Assembly: GCA_964016885.1 (NCBI GenBank) | Contig: OZ024740.1 | Span: 134,850,001 to 134,914,000, forward strand | DNA from: Eledone cirrhosa | Taxonomy: Eukaryota | Direction: 5' to 3' | Length of the DNA stretch: 64,000 bases | Part shown: in pieces, positions 21,598 to 32,956 of the stretch | Layout of the letters: every line of letters starts with the position of its first letter | Position numbering within the stretch: the stretch's first letter is position 1 | Notes under the pieces: generated by a model | Told to the model about the DNA's origin: nothing | The model's database searches: none | Seen by the model: the letters and a program-made list of their open reading frames with translations, nothing else | Translations under genes and position numbers: made by a program

Positions 21598-24500
21598 TTC
21601 ATTAAGATAATAGACGTAAATAGAGTAAACGACAGAATAATTAAAATAAGACTTGTTCTAAATAGAACTACTGTGACGATAATATCTGCGTACGCGCCCC
21701 AATCCGGACTGCCTGGCGCTATAAAAGACACTTTCTATCAGACACTGATGCTCACTACCTCCCAAATAACCGACAGTGACTATATAATTATTGCTGGCGA
21801 CCTAAATGGTCACGTTGGACAACATTGTGACGGCTACGACGAAATCCATGGAGGCTATGGGTTTGGTACTAGAAATGAGGAAGGCTCCAGAATCCTGGAA
21901 TTCTGTGACACAAATAACCTAACAATCTGTAACACTAACTTCAAAAAACGAGACAATCACTTGATCACCTACAGATCAGGGGAACTTACCAGCCAGGTAG
22001 ATTATATCCTTACCAGAAGACGTGACAGAGTGACTGTTGTAAACACTAAATCCCTCCCCCATGAAGAATGCACCTCCCAACATAGACTGATAATTAGCGA
22101 CCTCATAGTCAGGACGAGACGTACTCGACAGCAGAAGAGGACTATCCTCAGGAGAAAAATATGGAAGCTAAAGGACCCCACAGCCAGAAATAAATTTCAA
22201 AGCATATTACTTGATGCTTTCGACAGTAAGGAAGATCATTTAGAGTCAGACAATATAGAGGGACAGTGGGAATTCCTGAAAGCAAACCTGCTGATGGCGG
22301 CAGACGAAGTCTGTGGCCGGAGCAGGCCTATAGGCAGGAGGAGAGTAACATGGTGGTGGAACAGTAAGGTGGAGGAGTCGATTAAGGCCAAAAAGCAGGC
22401 TTGGAAAGTATGGTGGGATGGGGGAAGTAGAGAAGACTATCAAGTGGCTAGGAGACAAGTGTACTTCGCAAGAAGGGAAGCGGAGGAAAGAAAGTTCAAG
22501 CATGTTCTACAACGCGAGGACCAAAAACGTGAGGTGTTCAGGATTGCTAGGCAATGTGTCAAGGAAAACCGTGATATTGTTGGGGAGAAGTGTGTACTAA
22601 ATGATGATGGCGTACTCGCCATCACTGACGCTGATAAGAAGGTCGCTTGGAAGTGTCACTACGAGAGGCTACTAAATGAGGAGAATAAATGGGAGAAGGA
22701 CAGTCTCCCCCAGATCGATCCAATAGAGGGACCAGCAGTGTTAGTTGAAGGTAGTATAAGTAAGGCAATCAAAGATATGAAGACGGGTAAGGCGGCTGGG
22801 CCTTCGGAAATAGTTGCTGAGATGCTGAAGGCCTCTGGAACGGTGGGACACACCATGGTCACCCGGATAATAAACCAAGTCATACAGAATGGGGTTGTTC
22901 CGAAGGACTGGCGTAGCAGCATCATCATTAACTGTTACAAGGGTAAAGGAGACACCCTAGATAGGAGTAACTATAGAGGCATTAAATTAATCGACCAGGT
23001 CATGAAGGTCACGGAAAAAGTAAGTGCAACTAATCAGAGAGAGAATCGATCTAGATGAAATGCAGTTCGGGTTTGTGTCAGGCAAAAGTACCACAGACGT
23101 TCTTTTCATTGTACGACAACTACAGGAGAAGTACCTAGCTAAAAGTAAACCCCTATATTTAGCCTTTGTCGACTTGGAGAAAGCCTTCGACAGAGTCCCC
23201 CGTTCCATTATCTGGTGGGCTCTTAGAAAACTAGGTGTTGACGAATGGCTTGTGAGAGCTATACAAGCCATGTATAAAGAAACAGTGAGCAAGGTTAGAA
23301 TTAACAACGAATATAGTGAAGAGTTTAGCGTAAAAGTTGGTGTCCATCAGGGATCTGTTCTTAGCCCCCTACTATTTATTATTGCCCTTCAGACTATAAC
23401 AGAGGAGTTCAAGACCGGCTGCCCATGGGAACTCCTATACGCAGATGATCTAACGCTCATAGCTGAATCAATGGCCGAGCTAGAGAAGAAATTCCAAACA
23501 TGGAAGCACGACCTAGAATCAAAAGGCCTTAAAATTAACCTGGCTAAGACTAAAGTTCTAGTTTGTAGGAAAGAAAATAAGGCGCCGGTCCCTTCCGGGA
23601 AATGGCCATGCTCAGTGTGTAGGAAAGGCGTAGGTAGAAACTCCATTTTATGTCCCAAATGCAAAGTATGGGTGCATAAAAAATGTAGTGGGATCACAGG
23701 TAAGCTAACTAAGAACACAGATTTTACATGTGGCCGGTGCTCTGGTGCAATAAGTAGCAGCAAGTGCCCACAAAATACTAGCTCTTTCAATTGCGCAGCG
23801 GGTTCTATAGAAATAGTGGACAGCTTCCGTTACCTGGGTGACAAAATCAGCAGTGGGGGAGGGTGCTCTGAAAGTACAGTAGCTAGAGTCAGAACTGGAT
23901 GGAAAAAGTTCAGAGAGCTTATACCACTATTAGCCGCTAACGGGTTCTCCCTAAAATTGAAAGGCAGGTTGTATGATGCCTGCATACGAACAGCAATGTT
24001 GCATGGCAGTGAGACCTGGGCATTGTGTGCAGAGGATATACGCAGACTAGAGAGGAACGAAGCGTGCATGCTCCACTGGATGTGTAATAGTAATATACGC
24101 GAACAGCAAAGCATAAAAGAACTAAGGAAAAAATTAGAAATAAGAGAGATCAGATGTTGTTTACTCGAGAGAAGGCTACGTTGGTATGGTCACGTGATGC
24201 GCATGAAAGACGACAGCTGTATAGCAAAGTGCAGGGCAATAAAGATAGACGGTAGCCACGGAGTAGGCAGACCCAGAAAAACCTGGGACGAGCTGATAAA
24301 TTCCGACCTCACACACTTACACCTCTCCAAGACAATGTCACTGGACCGAGACCTTTGGCAGTACTCAGTAATAGAGAAGACCCGCCTTACCTAAATACAA
24401 AGTAAAACCTACTACAGTCAGTAGGCATCTCTAACAAAATACACCCCCGTCCCACCACCCCCACCCCATCCACACCACCCCTTTCAATGTAAAGTTATGT

Positions 24501-24885
24501 TGGTGCCACAAAATCCAGGCCGAAACAAATGAGATCGTGTAGGTGTCACGACAAAAAAACACAGTCCACGCTGTAATGTGGCCGTGTAGGCAACGCGGTA
24601 AAAACCTCCCAGCCCCACACTGTAAATGTGGTTGGTGTTAGGAAGAGCATCCAGCTGTAGAAAACCCGCCAGACAGTCCACGCTGTAATGTGGCCGTGTA
24701 GGCAACACGGTAAAAACCTCCCAGCCCCACACTGTAAATGTGGTTGGTGTTAGGAAGGGCATCCAACTGTAGAAAACCCACCAGACAGTCCTATGCGAGC
24801 AAGACAACCACTCTTGCCTCAAGTGGGAAAACTCCCGTCCAAACCCATGCAAGCGTGGAACATGGACGTTAAACGATGATGATGA
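21598..24885 (+). mobile_element. 5'-truncated RTE LINE with one frameshift (~23020); ORF pieces 21673-23058 and 23024-24394
   Basis: Begins inside EN ('RVNDRIIKIRLVLNRTTVTIISAYAPQ'); full RT with YADD and the PHD-type finger; two overlapping ORFs join at 'VTEKV/QLIRERI'; (GAT)n tail. Confidence 0.95.
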
Positions 24886-26280
24886 AATATGGGATTTCTA
24901 GTAATGTTCTTTTTTTTTTTTGTCATATATAATGTTTTTTTAATGTAAAATAAAATTACTATTAGATTCTCCAGCTGCTGTATCATGAATCAATATGAAA
25001 TTTTGCCAGATAGATAAGCAAAATTTAATAAGAGAAGAGGGGGGTCACAACCTGAGGGTACATGTTTTTCTCTGACAATATTTTTTCTTTCAATCTTCTG
25101 ATTTGATTTTATTGCTCTCACTCTCACTTGCTGTGTCTCCTTCCCTCTTCTACTCTATGTATCCCTATATAAAGTTCTCTTATTCGATCTTTTGCATTCA
25201 AAGTACTCCTAACATATGAGTGGCCAGAATTAAACAAACATTTTAGAAACTTGTTGAAACTTAACATAATGGAAACTCATTATGTAATGTAGTTGTGGAA
25301 CGAAAACTATATTCTATGATACTTAAAACATTTTAAACATCAAAATATTAAAACTTCATAAATATATTTATGACAATGTGTTGATTAGCTGCTCCAGCTT
25401 CTAAACGGGGTTTGGAATTTTGCTCATTTCTGAGGTATAAGATAGGGGTCAGCTTATATTCAAGTATAGATGGTAATAATATCACTAACTTTTCCATTAT
25501 TAAATTGATTTTGAGAACAACTGATAGAAAAATTCTTACATAAAATTATGTTGGAAGGTTTTTAACTTAAATAAGCTTTGTATCATAAAGCCAAGGGGGC
25601 AGTCTCGGGCAAGCTTATATGGAAAGAGTTACATTTAAATTGGTAATAACCCTCCAGCCCCCAACATCAATACATTAGTTAAATTATGAAACAAATGGAT
25701 TTTAAATATTACTTTCAACTCTTTAATATGTCCTGTAACCATATTTTAAATAATCAAACTTTCTTGTATTTTTTTCTTTTGATCTGCTATCTATAAAACT
25801 TTCACTATTAGGTATGAATTAAATGCATAAAAATAATCATTTGAATTGGAAAATATAATTGTATAAGTAATTTTAATCATTTAGTTACAGAATTGTATGG
25901 AATGTGAAATGAAAGTACCATATATAATAATCTATAGCATGTTAAATAAAATTTGAAGAAATAATAGATAAAACTTGGAAACCTGTGGAAAATGGAATTA
26001 AATTAATGAGAAGAAATATATTCATAAAATTGGAGACATGTTTCATCATCATCATTATTATTATGTTTATGATAATAACATTTTCAATCAGCAATATTTT
26101 ACTGGTGTAGTTATTAACTGTTGTTTGGAATGGAGGAACTCTGTTGGGTCCAGCTGTTTGATCAATGGACCATCCTGCTCATGAAATTAATGTGCATGTA
26201 AATATTCCACAGGTATGAGCACCTATCACATAATTCTCAGGGAGATTCAATATTTTCTTGTTACCAGACATATTCTTTTA

Positions 26281-26470
26281 CTTTAGCATTTAAACTGGCC
26301 GTATCCAGCCAGAATCCTCTCACCTCTTTCTGTTCAAACCAGCCATAACTGGCTGCTCATACTTATGTTAAGATATTGTTCTCAAAATAAATCATATCAA
26401 AATTTCATAGACTCGATATTATGTAAGATAAAGCCTATACTGAGAAAATACAATAGTAAATATAGAGTAT
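26281..26470 (+). mobile_element. Truncated piggyBac-type MITE copy
   Basis: Homologous by eye to 50912-51093 ('ctttagcatttaaac', 'gttcaaacc', 'gataaagcct', 'caatagtaaatatagagta'). Confidence 0.65.
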
Positions 26471-26859
26471 CTGTTTCTGTATGTCTGTTAATCTAAAGTT
26501 ATCTATTTATGTATATTTATCAATAAATCTATCTTTGGACAAGAACAACAATAAAGCATAAATCCCAATAACAGATAGATACATAGGTAGAACAAAGTCA
26601 TTGTAATTTAGTGGATATATGTTTAACAAGGGTTAAAGGAAATATGGAAGAAAAGTATTTAATTGATTTAAATGAATGTAAAGTGAAATATAGCTGTAGT
26701 AACAAAAGGGAAGAAGGTAAAAGAAAATCAACTATTCAGGCATCTTTATATAAAATATTGAAATCAAGAAATTATTAAATTAGATATTTTTTACCATAAA
26801 CCCCATCATTTTTGACAGGCAGTATACTAGTTAATGTAATATATTTATATACACATGCA

Positions 26860-27020
26860 TATGACTTCAACAGTTTTCACCTGCCAAATTTCACTTAAAA
26901 GTTCTTGGTCAACCTGAGGCTATTGAAGAAAATACTTACCCAAGGTGTTATACAGCGAGAATGAACTCGAAACCATGTGGTTGCGAAGCAAACTCTTGAC
27001 CACACTGCCATATTTGCACC
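26860..27020 (-). mobile_element. tRNA-headed SINE (5' half)
   Basis: Reverse complement reads 'tggcagtgtggtcaagagtttgcttcgcaaccacatggtttcgagttca...caccttgggtaagt', with A/B-box-like motifs; homologous to 39230-39568. Confidence 0.7.
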
Positions 27021-27736
27021 TGTGTTTCCTGTTCAAGATTATGATTTCTGATTTTGTCTAGACATCTAAAATAACAATAATTAATGATTTCTTTTCTAGA
27101 ATTCAAGTATGGAATCTCTGTAGTGTTGTTATGGTTACAATCACTCAGATAGTAAAACATTTGTGTTATGAAAAGAAATTGTTAATGAAATAGAAACATT
27201 GGAATGAAAGTAGGCAATGACAATTTATGTTTTTATGTTTGGTTTGAACAATGAGAGAGAGATGATGATGGTTGGTATCCTAGCTCATAGTTTAACCAAG
27301 ATGCGGTATTGAATAGATAAAAAAAAAAAAGATGGGAGATAATCCTCATTCTTAATGATTTTGTTTTTTAATTTCTATGTGCTGGTTATGGTTAAATGGA
27401 TTTTAAAAACATTTTACATTTTGGTATGTAATATAGTGAGTTGAAAATCTTTGATTGGCTGAGGTTATCCTAGCAATTAGTAGCCAAAACTCCCTCTAAG
27501 GTTGTTTAAAAAACAAAAAAGAATTGAAAATCAAGATAAATACAATAAAATCAACTGGTCTTAATTTTTGGACAATCTTATTATAATAATGTTAATGTGT
27601 CAATATGTTTAGATGTAACTAAAACTTTCCCTTCTATCATCCTCTCTCAATAAGTAGAAAATTACTGCAAACATTGGATTCAAACTTATTCATTACTTAT
27701 AAAGTGTTAAGATAGTCAGAGAAAGAAGAGGGGGAG

Positions 27737-27958
27737 AATAATAATGATAATAATGAAAATATTGTGTACAGTACTCAGGTGCACTACAACTCATCAAAAG
27801 TGTATGTATAGTACATAGGGTAATGTACAAACGTCAGGAAAATGAACAGTGTATGAGTCATGATATACACGTGTGCGTGTGTATGGAAGGGGGACATCAG
27901 GTGTAGGTTTGGCAAATTTTGGGTGGCATGAGGGTTTTAAAGGATGCAGTGTCTGACG
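27737..27958 (-). mobile_element. CR1/L2-group LINE 3' tail fragment (more diverged)
   Basis: Matches the reverse complement of 32780-32956 and is similar to 28958-29180. Confidence 0.85.
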
Positions 27959-28023
27959 AGAAACTGTTGTAAATTAGGAAGGAATACATTAGAAAATGTA
28001 ATCCTATATATATCATCATATAT

Positions 28024-28400
28024 TGTCCCACCCTTGCAAGCAGGGAAAAGCGGACGTAAAATGATGATGATGATGATGATCATCATCATCATTATCATCA
28101 CCATTTAACATCCATTTTTCCATGCTAGCATAAGTTAGATGAGTTGTCCTGTTGTGAGACAAGTCAGATTAGATTACCGTAACTTGCTTACACAGAACTG
28201 TTTCTGGCTTGGTTTCTATGGCTGGATGCCCTTCCTCACGCCAGTCACATTTACAGTGTGGGCTGGGTGCTTTTTGTCTTGTCACCAACACAACCACCTT
28301 ACAGGGTGGACTGGGTGCTCTTTCACCAGATTGAGCATCTTACGTAGGGCTTTTGTTGTTTCACCAGCATGACCACTTTACAGGATGGACTGAGAGCTTT
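28024..28400. mobile_element. Tail-to-tail RTE 3' ends: ~55-bp + strand tail (28024-28080) and a longer - strand 3' UTR (28081-~28400)
   Basis: 'cccacccttgcaagcagggaaaagcggacgtaaaat(gat)n' is directly followed by '(cat)n..catttaacatccatttttccatgctagc'. Confidence 0.8.
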
Positions 28401-28559
28401 TAGCCATTTCAGCAGCATGTGCTTGTATGCATGGGTTGAACAAGAGCAGCGTATCAGTTGTGGAAGTGGTTGGAGGAGGGTGTGGTGAGTGTAGCAGGAT
28501 GGGGATGTTCTGTAGAATGTTCAGCCACTTACATCTAGATACTATACTATAATTTAATT

Positions 28560-28648
28560 CAGAGGTTCTCAAAGTGGGTGCTAACCCCCCCCGGAAATAG
28601 GATTGGGGTGGCCATGAAGGTAGGGGTCAAAAAGTTTGAGAATCTCTG
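28560..28648. mobile_element. 89-bp hAT-type MITE
   Basis: TIRs 'cagaggttctcaaa' and 'tttgagaatctctg'; perfect 8-bp TSD ATTTAATT at 28552-28559 and 28649-28656. Confidence 0.85.
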
Positions 28649-28957
28649 ATTTAATTGCTTCTCCCTCTACCAGAACCAATCATATCACCAAAGTAATGTA
28701 TATTTCACATCCAGTGGATCATCTATTAAATTTAGGTTATATTTTTCTTGGCTAGTTTTGCTCTTTAATCTTGCATATTGAAAGTTTTGGTTCCTTGAGA
28801 TTCTATTGCATTGTTTGTACACAAACAGGTTCACTGACTAACTAGAATAGAGTCTCATGCAACATAGTAAGTCAATAATCTTTATTGTAGAAACATCAAT
28901 AGCCTGAAAGAGTTAATTTTCACCTACTCCTTACATAGTCATTTGAACAAAACTATA

Positions 28958-29590
28958 TAATAATAATAATAATGAAATATTGTGTACAGTGCTCAGGTGC
29001 ACTACAACTCATCAAAAAGTGTATGTATAGTACATAGGGTAATGTACAAACATCAGGAAAATGAACAGTGCATGAGTCATGATACACACGTGTGCATGTG
29101 TATAGAAGGGGTACATCAGGTGTAGTTTTGGCGTATTTCGGAAAGCATGAGTGTCTTAAAGGATGCAGTGTCTCGGCAGCTAACAACTGACGCAGGCAGT
29201 TTGTTCCATGCTTCAGCAACTCTGAGCGTGAAAAAATGTTTACGAAAGTCATGGGAGCTGTGCTGTTTTCTGATTTTGTAGGCATGTCCACGTGTGTTAG
29301 ACACATGGAGATCAAAAAGGTGCTCAGGGTTGCAATTGGCGAGATGGTTAATAACTTTGTTGGTATTTACCAAGTCCATTGCCAGACGTCGGAGCTTCAA
29401 TGAATCCATGCCCAGGGAAGCAAGGCGTTCAGAGTATGGTAGGTGTCTGATGGAGGGTATGCGCTTGGTTGCACGTCTCTGAACAGTTTCCAGGAGGTCA
29501 ATGTTCTGAGCAAGATAGGGGTTCCAGACTGATGATGCGAATTCCAAGTGTGGTCGTACCATAGCAGTATACAGTTTTAAATAGATGGCT
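28958..29590 (-). mobile_element. CR1/L2-group LINE 3' fragment
   Basis: ORF 29116-29562 'MVRPHLEFASSVWNPY...RVAEAWNKLP' is nearly identical to the C-terminus of 30612-32840; (ATT)n tail. Confidence 0.93.
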
Positions 29591-30596
29591 CTTGTGATAT
29601 TTCTGCAGGCTAAAAAAATATTTTTTTGATGCTTTTTCTTTTTTAGAGTAATTCATAATATTGTGAATGCATGTGTGTTATTGGACAATAGTAAAATACT
29701 ACAGTAAAGATCTGTACCTATAGAGCTGGATAATGTGTGTGTGCACATATATACACACACACATCCTTTTTCTCTCTCAAGGATTGTGGAAGGCAGTATT
29801 TATTGTTTGACAGTAGTATTCCAGTGTTGAGAGTTCCAGGGAGAGTGGGTTTGCTTAGCTTGTATTACATTAGGCATTTCCAAGAAGAAACAAATTGCTG
29901 TAGCCATCCAAGAAGCTGCAGGGCTAGTTTTAATATTGATTTGGATAAATATGCTATTACATGCTTTGTTGACAGTTCACTGTGAAATAGCAGAGACAAC
30001 AGAATTAAAGGAGCCTTCATAACATCAAAAGATGATATTTTTTCTTGGATATTGTTCAACATTTAGGTATCTTCTTTTGACAGAGAGCTGCGAGGGCTAT
30101 GAGACAGTTGAGGTTAAAACTATCCCTGTATATATTCAGCATGCATAACCACAGACAACAAATTGTTATTGTAATAGACAGGCTTCAATGTCAACAAATG
30201 TGATAGTGTAACAGCCTACCGTGAAATATGTTGCAATCACTGTTAGGGAAAGCTATTAAAGGAAGGGTTTCAAACTCAAGACTCAAAAGGGCCATTACAT
30301 CCTGGGGAAGAGGTACAGTGAGCCAAAAGTGAAGTGGAGGGATATTTCCACCAGTTATAATACTAATCTGAATACAGCTGATAGACTAATTTTTTTTTCA
30401 TCAAAATGAATATGCATGACAGTAAGTTGAATGTGTACAAAATGTAGGGGAAGAAATTTTACGTTTCAAATTTTCCTTAATTCCATTTTTACTTTTAGTA
30501 AATTCCCTCTTTATCTGTTTTCACTTTTGATAAATTCTGGGTTTTTTTTCAATCTTAATGGGTAAATTGAAATAAATTATACTATAATTATACTAT

Positions 30597-32956
30597 AGAG
30601 GTGACAACACTTTGGACCTACTCTTCACCACTACTCCTGAAACGGTCATTAGTGTTACTGCTGAGGAACCTTTAGGTGACTCTGATCATGCTATGATCAT
30701 TGCCAATCTATCCCTCATGGGCAGTAACAAGAACCACAACCATCTCCAAACTGCTCACTTTGACTGGAATAAAGCAGACTGGAACTGTTACTGCACCGAG
30801 TTGCAACGGCCAAACTGGCTTGAGTTCTATGACTCTGGAGATGTCAACACTGTACTCCAGAACATCCTGAGCTCAATATGGACAGCATGTGCAGCATCGG
30901 TACCACGTAAGCGGAAAAAACATCCCAAAAGCGCAATTTGGGAGACTGCAGCAGTCCGTCTTGCCAGAAAAGAACGGCGCAATGCTGAACGTGAGTACAA
31001 ACTTCACAAATCAGACATTAATAGGAAGAGGCGAAATAGATCGTCCAACCACCTCAAACAGGTGACAAAAAAGGCAGTGCTTCAATTTGAGCAGCGCATA
31101 GCAACCAGCCCTGACAGTAAGGTGTTCTGGAAGTATGTTCACTCAAAGCAGAGGCCTCACTCTCCAGTTGGTCCTCTTCGCAATCCCCACACAAGCCAGG
31201 TTACTGACGACCCCAAGGAATGCGCAGAGCTCATTGCTGAATGCTATGCAGGCATTTTCACCATTGAAGACCAGAGTGTACCATCTCCACCACCTATGAC
31301 ACCGGACTCTATTACAACCATGGAATTTACACCTGCAATGCTGCGACGTCACCTAAAAAATAAACGCAACCATGCCTCTCCTGGTCTTGATGGTGTTACG
31401 TACCTGCTTCTTAAACGTGGTGGGTACTTCCTTCTACACCAGTTATCACGCTTCTTCCAATTCTGTCTGAACAACAGTGCTACTCCAGAACAGTGGAAAA
31501 CTGCCAGTGTCATTCCTCTGTTCAAAAAGGGTGACCGCACATCACCTGTGAACTATCGTCCAGTCAGTCTTACTAGTTGCATCGCCAAACTGATGGAATC
31601 CTGTGTCAGAGAAACACTTTGGAACTTCTGGAGCTCTCACAGTCTTATCCGGCCCTCGCAATTTGGATTTATCCCCAACTCCAGCTGCTGTGATCAACTT
31701 ATAGAGTTTCTTGAGGACATCACCCGGATCACTGATGGCGGCTCATGGGTGGATGTTGTTTACCTTGACTTTGCGAAGGCCTTCAATTCTGTGCCACACA
31801 AAAGGCTTATGGCAAAACTCTCTGCAATGGGTGTGAAGGATGATCTTTTTAACTGGTTGAAGTCCTTCATTCTCAGTCGAAGAGAGGTAGTCACGGTTCT
31901 GGGACAGCATTCCTCACCATATGAGATGTCATCTGGTGTACCTCAGGGATCTGTTCTTGGCCCCCTTTTGTTTGTGGCATATATTAATGACATAGATGCC
32001 AACTTAAGGAATGCCACAGTACTAAAGTACGCAGACGACATCAAGCTGTACCTTGAGATAAAAAGGACAGATCCTGAACACTATAGATCTTGCTTGCAGT
32101 CTGACCTGGACACAATGCAACAGTGGATCTCAGACTGGCAACTCAAGCTAGCTGTGGACAAGTGTACCACCATGCATTTTGGGAGTAAAAACCCAGCGTC
32201 CACATACTCCCTCCACAGCACTAATATCAAGAAGTCTTCCTGTGAACGTGACCTGGGCATTACGGTCAGCAGCGATTTGCGTTGGACGAGGCACGTCTCT
32301 AAAATTGTCAAGAGGGCCGAGGGTGTCTTAGCATCACTCAGCAAGACCTTTGTCAGCCGCTCTCCAGATATCTATTTAAGGCTGTATACAGCTATGGTGC
32401 GACCACACTTAGAATTTGCATCACCAGTCTGGAACCCCTATCTTGCTCAGGACATTGACCGCCTGGAAACTGTTCAGAGACGTGCAACCAAGCGAATACC
32501 CTCCATCAGGCATCTACCATACTCTGAGCGCCTTGCTTCCCTGGGCATAGATTCATTGAAGCTCCGACGCCTGGCAACTGACTTGGTAAACACCCACAAA
32601 ATTGTTAACCATGTTGCCAACAACAACCCTGAGTGCCTTTTCGATTTCCATGTGTCTAACACACGTGGACATGCCCACAAAGTAAGAAAACAGCACAGTT
32701 CCCATGACTTTCGGAAACATTTTTTCACGCTCAGAGTTGCTGAAGCATGGAACAAACTACCTGCATCAGTTGTTAGCTGTCGAGACACTGCATCCTTTAA
32801 GGCCTCCATGCTTCCCGAAATCCGCCAACACTACAGCTAACACATACACACATGTACTTCCCTGACATTTGTGTATTATTCTATGTACTTTCTTGACGAG
32901 TTGTAGTGCACCTGAGCACTTTACACAATAATTTCATTATTATTATTATTATTATT
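30597..32956 (+). mobile_element. 5'-truncated CR1/L2-group LINE
   Basis: Starts at the end of EN ('GDNTLDLLFT...LGDSDH'); open RT; short 3' UTR; (ATT)n tail. Confidence 0.93.
30612..32840 (+). CDS. LINE ORF2 remnant (EN C-terminus + RT, 742 aa open)
   Basis: 'SPGLDG', 'NYRPVSLTS', 'QFGF', 'YLDFAKAFNSVPH', 'SGVPQGSVLGPLLF', 'YADD', 'ERDLGI', 'RPHLEFA..VWNP', 'TRGH', 'WNKLP'. Confidence 0.92.
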   Translation: MDLLFTTTPETVISVTAEEPLGDSDHAMIIANLSLMGSNKNHNHLQTAHFDWNKADWNCYCTELQRPNWLEFYDSGDVNTVLQNILSSIWTACAASVPRKRKKHPKSAIWETAAVRLARKERRNAEREYKLHKSDINRKRRNRSSNHLKQVTKKAVLQFEQRIATSPDSKVFWKYVHSKQRPHSPVGPLRNPHTSQVTDDPKECAELIAECYAGIFTIEDQSVPSPPPMTPDSITTMEFTPAMLRRHLKNKRNHASPGLDGVTYLLLKRGGYFLLHQLSRFFQFCLNNSATPEQWKTASVIPLFKKGDRTSPVNYRPVSLTSCIAKLMESCVRETLWNFWSSHSLIRPSQFGFIPNSSCCDQLIEFLEDITRITDGGSWVDVVYLDFAKAFNSVPHKRLMAKLSAMGVKDDLFNWLKSFILSRREVVTVLGQHSSPYEMSSGVPQGSVLGPLLFVAYINDIDANLRNATVLKYADDIKLYLEIKRTDPEHYRSCLQSDLDTMQQWISDWQLKLAVDKCTTMHFGSKNPASTYSLHSTNIKKSSCERDLGITVSSDLRWTRHVSKIVKRAEGVLASLSKTFVSRSPDIYLRLYTAMVRPHLEFASPVWNPYLAQDIDRLETVQRRATKRIPSIRHLPYSERLASLGIDSLKLRRLATDLVNTHKIVNHVANNNPECLFDFHVSNTRGHAHKVRKQHSSHDFRKHFFTLRVAEAWNKLPASVVSCRDTASFKASMLPEIRQHYS

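Larger units (their letters stand above)
21198..25474. mobile_element. Second Tc2/pogo-like MITE copy (inverted relative to 6482-7247), interrupted by an RTE LINE
   Basis: Left TIR 'ctgtatatactcgattataagc'; right TIR 'gcttatattcaagtatagatggta'; 21198-21470 and ~25060-25474 align by eye with the reverse complement of 6482-7247. Confidence 0.75.

Noticed and set aside
28958-32956. Twin-priming 5' inversion of a single CR1-group insertion
   Set aside because: The inverted piece duplicates the same 3' end with its own tail and is separated by ~1 kb of other DNA, so these are independent insertions.
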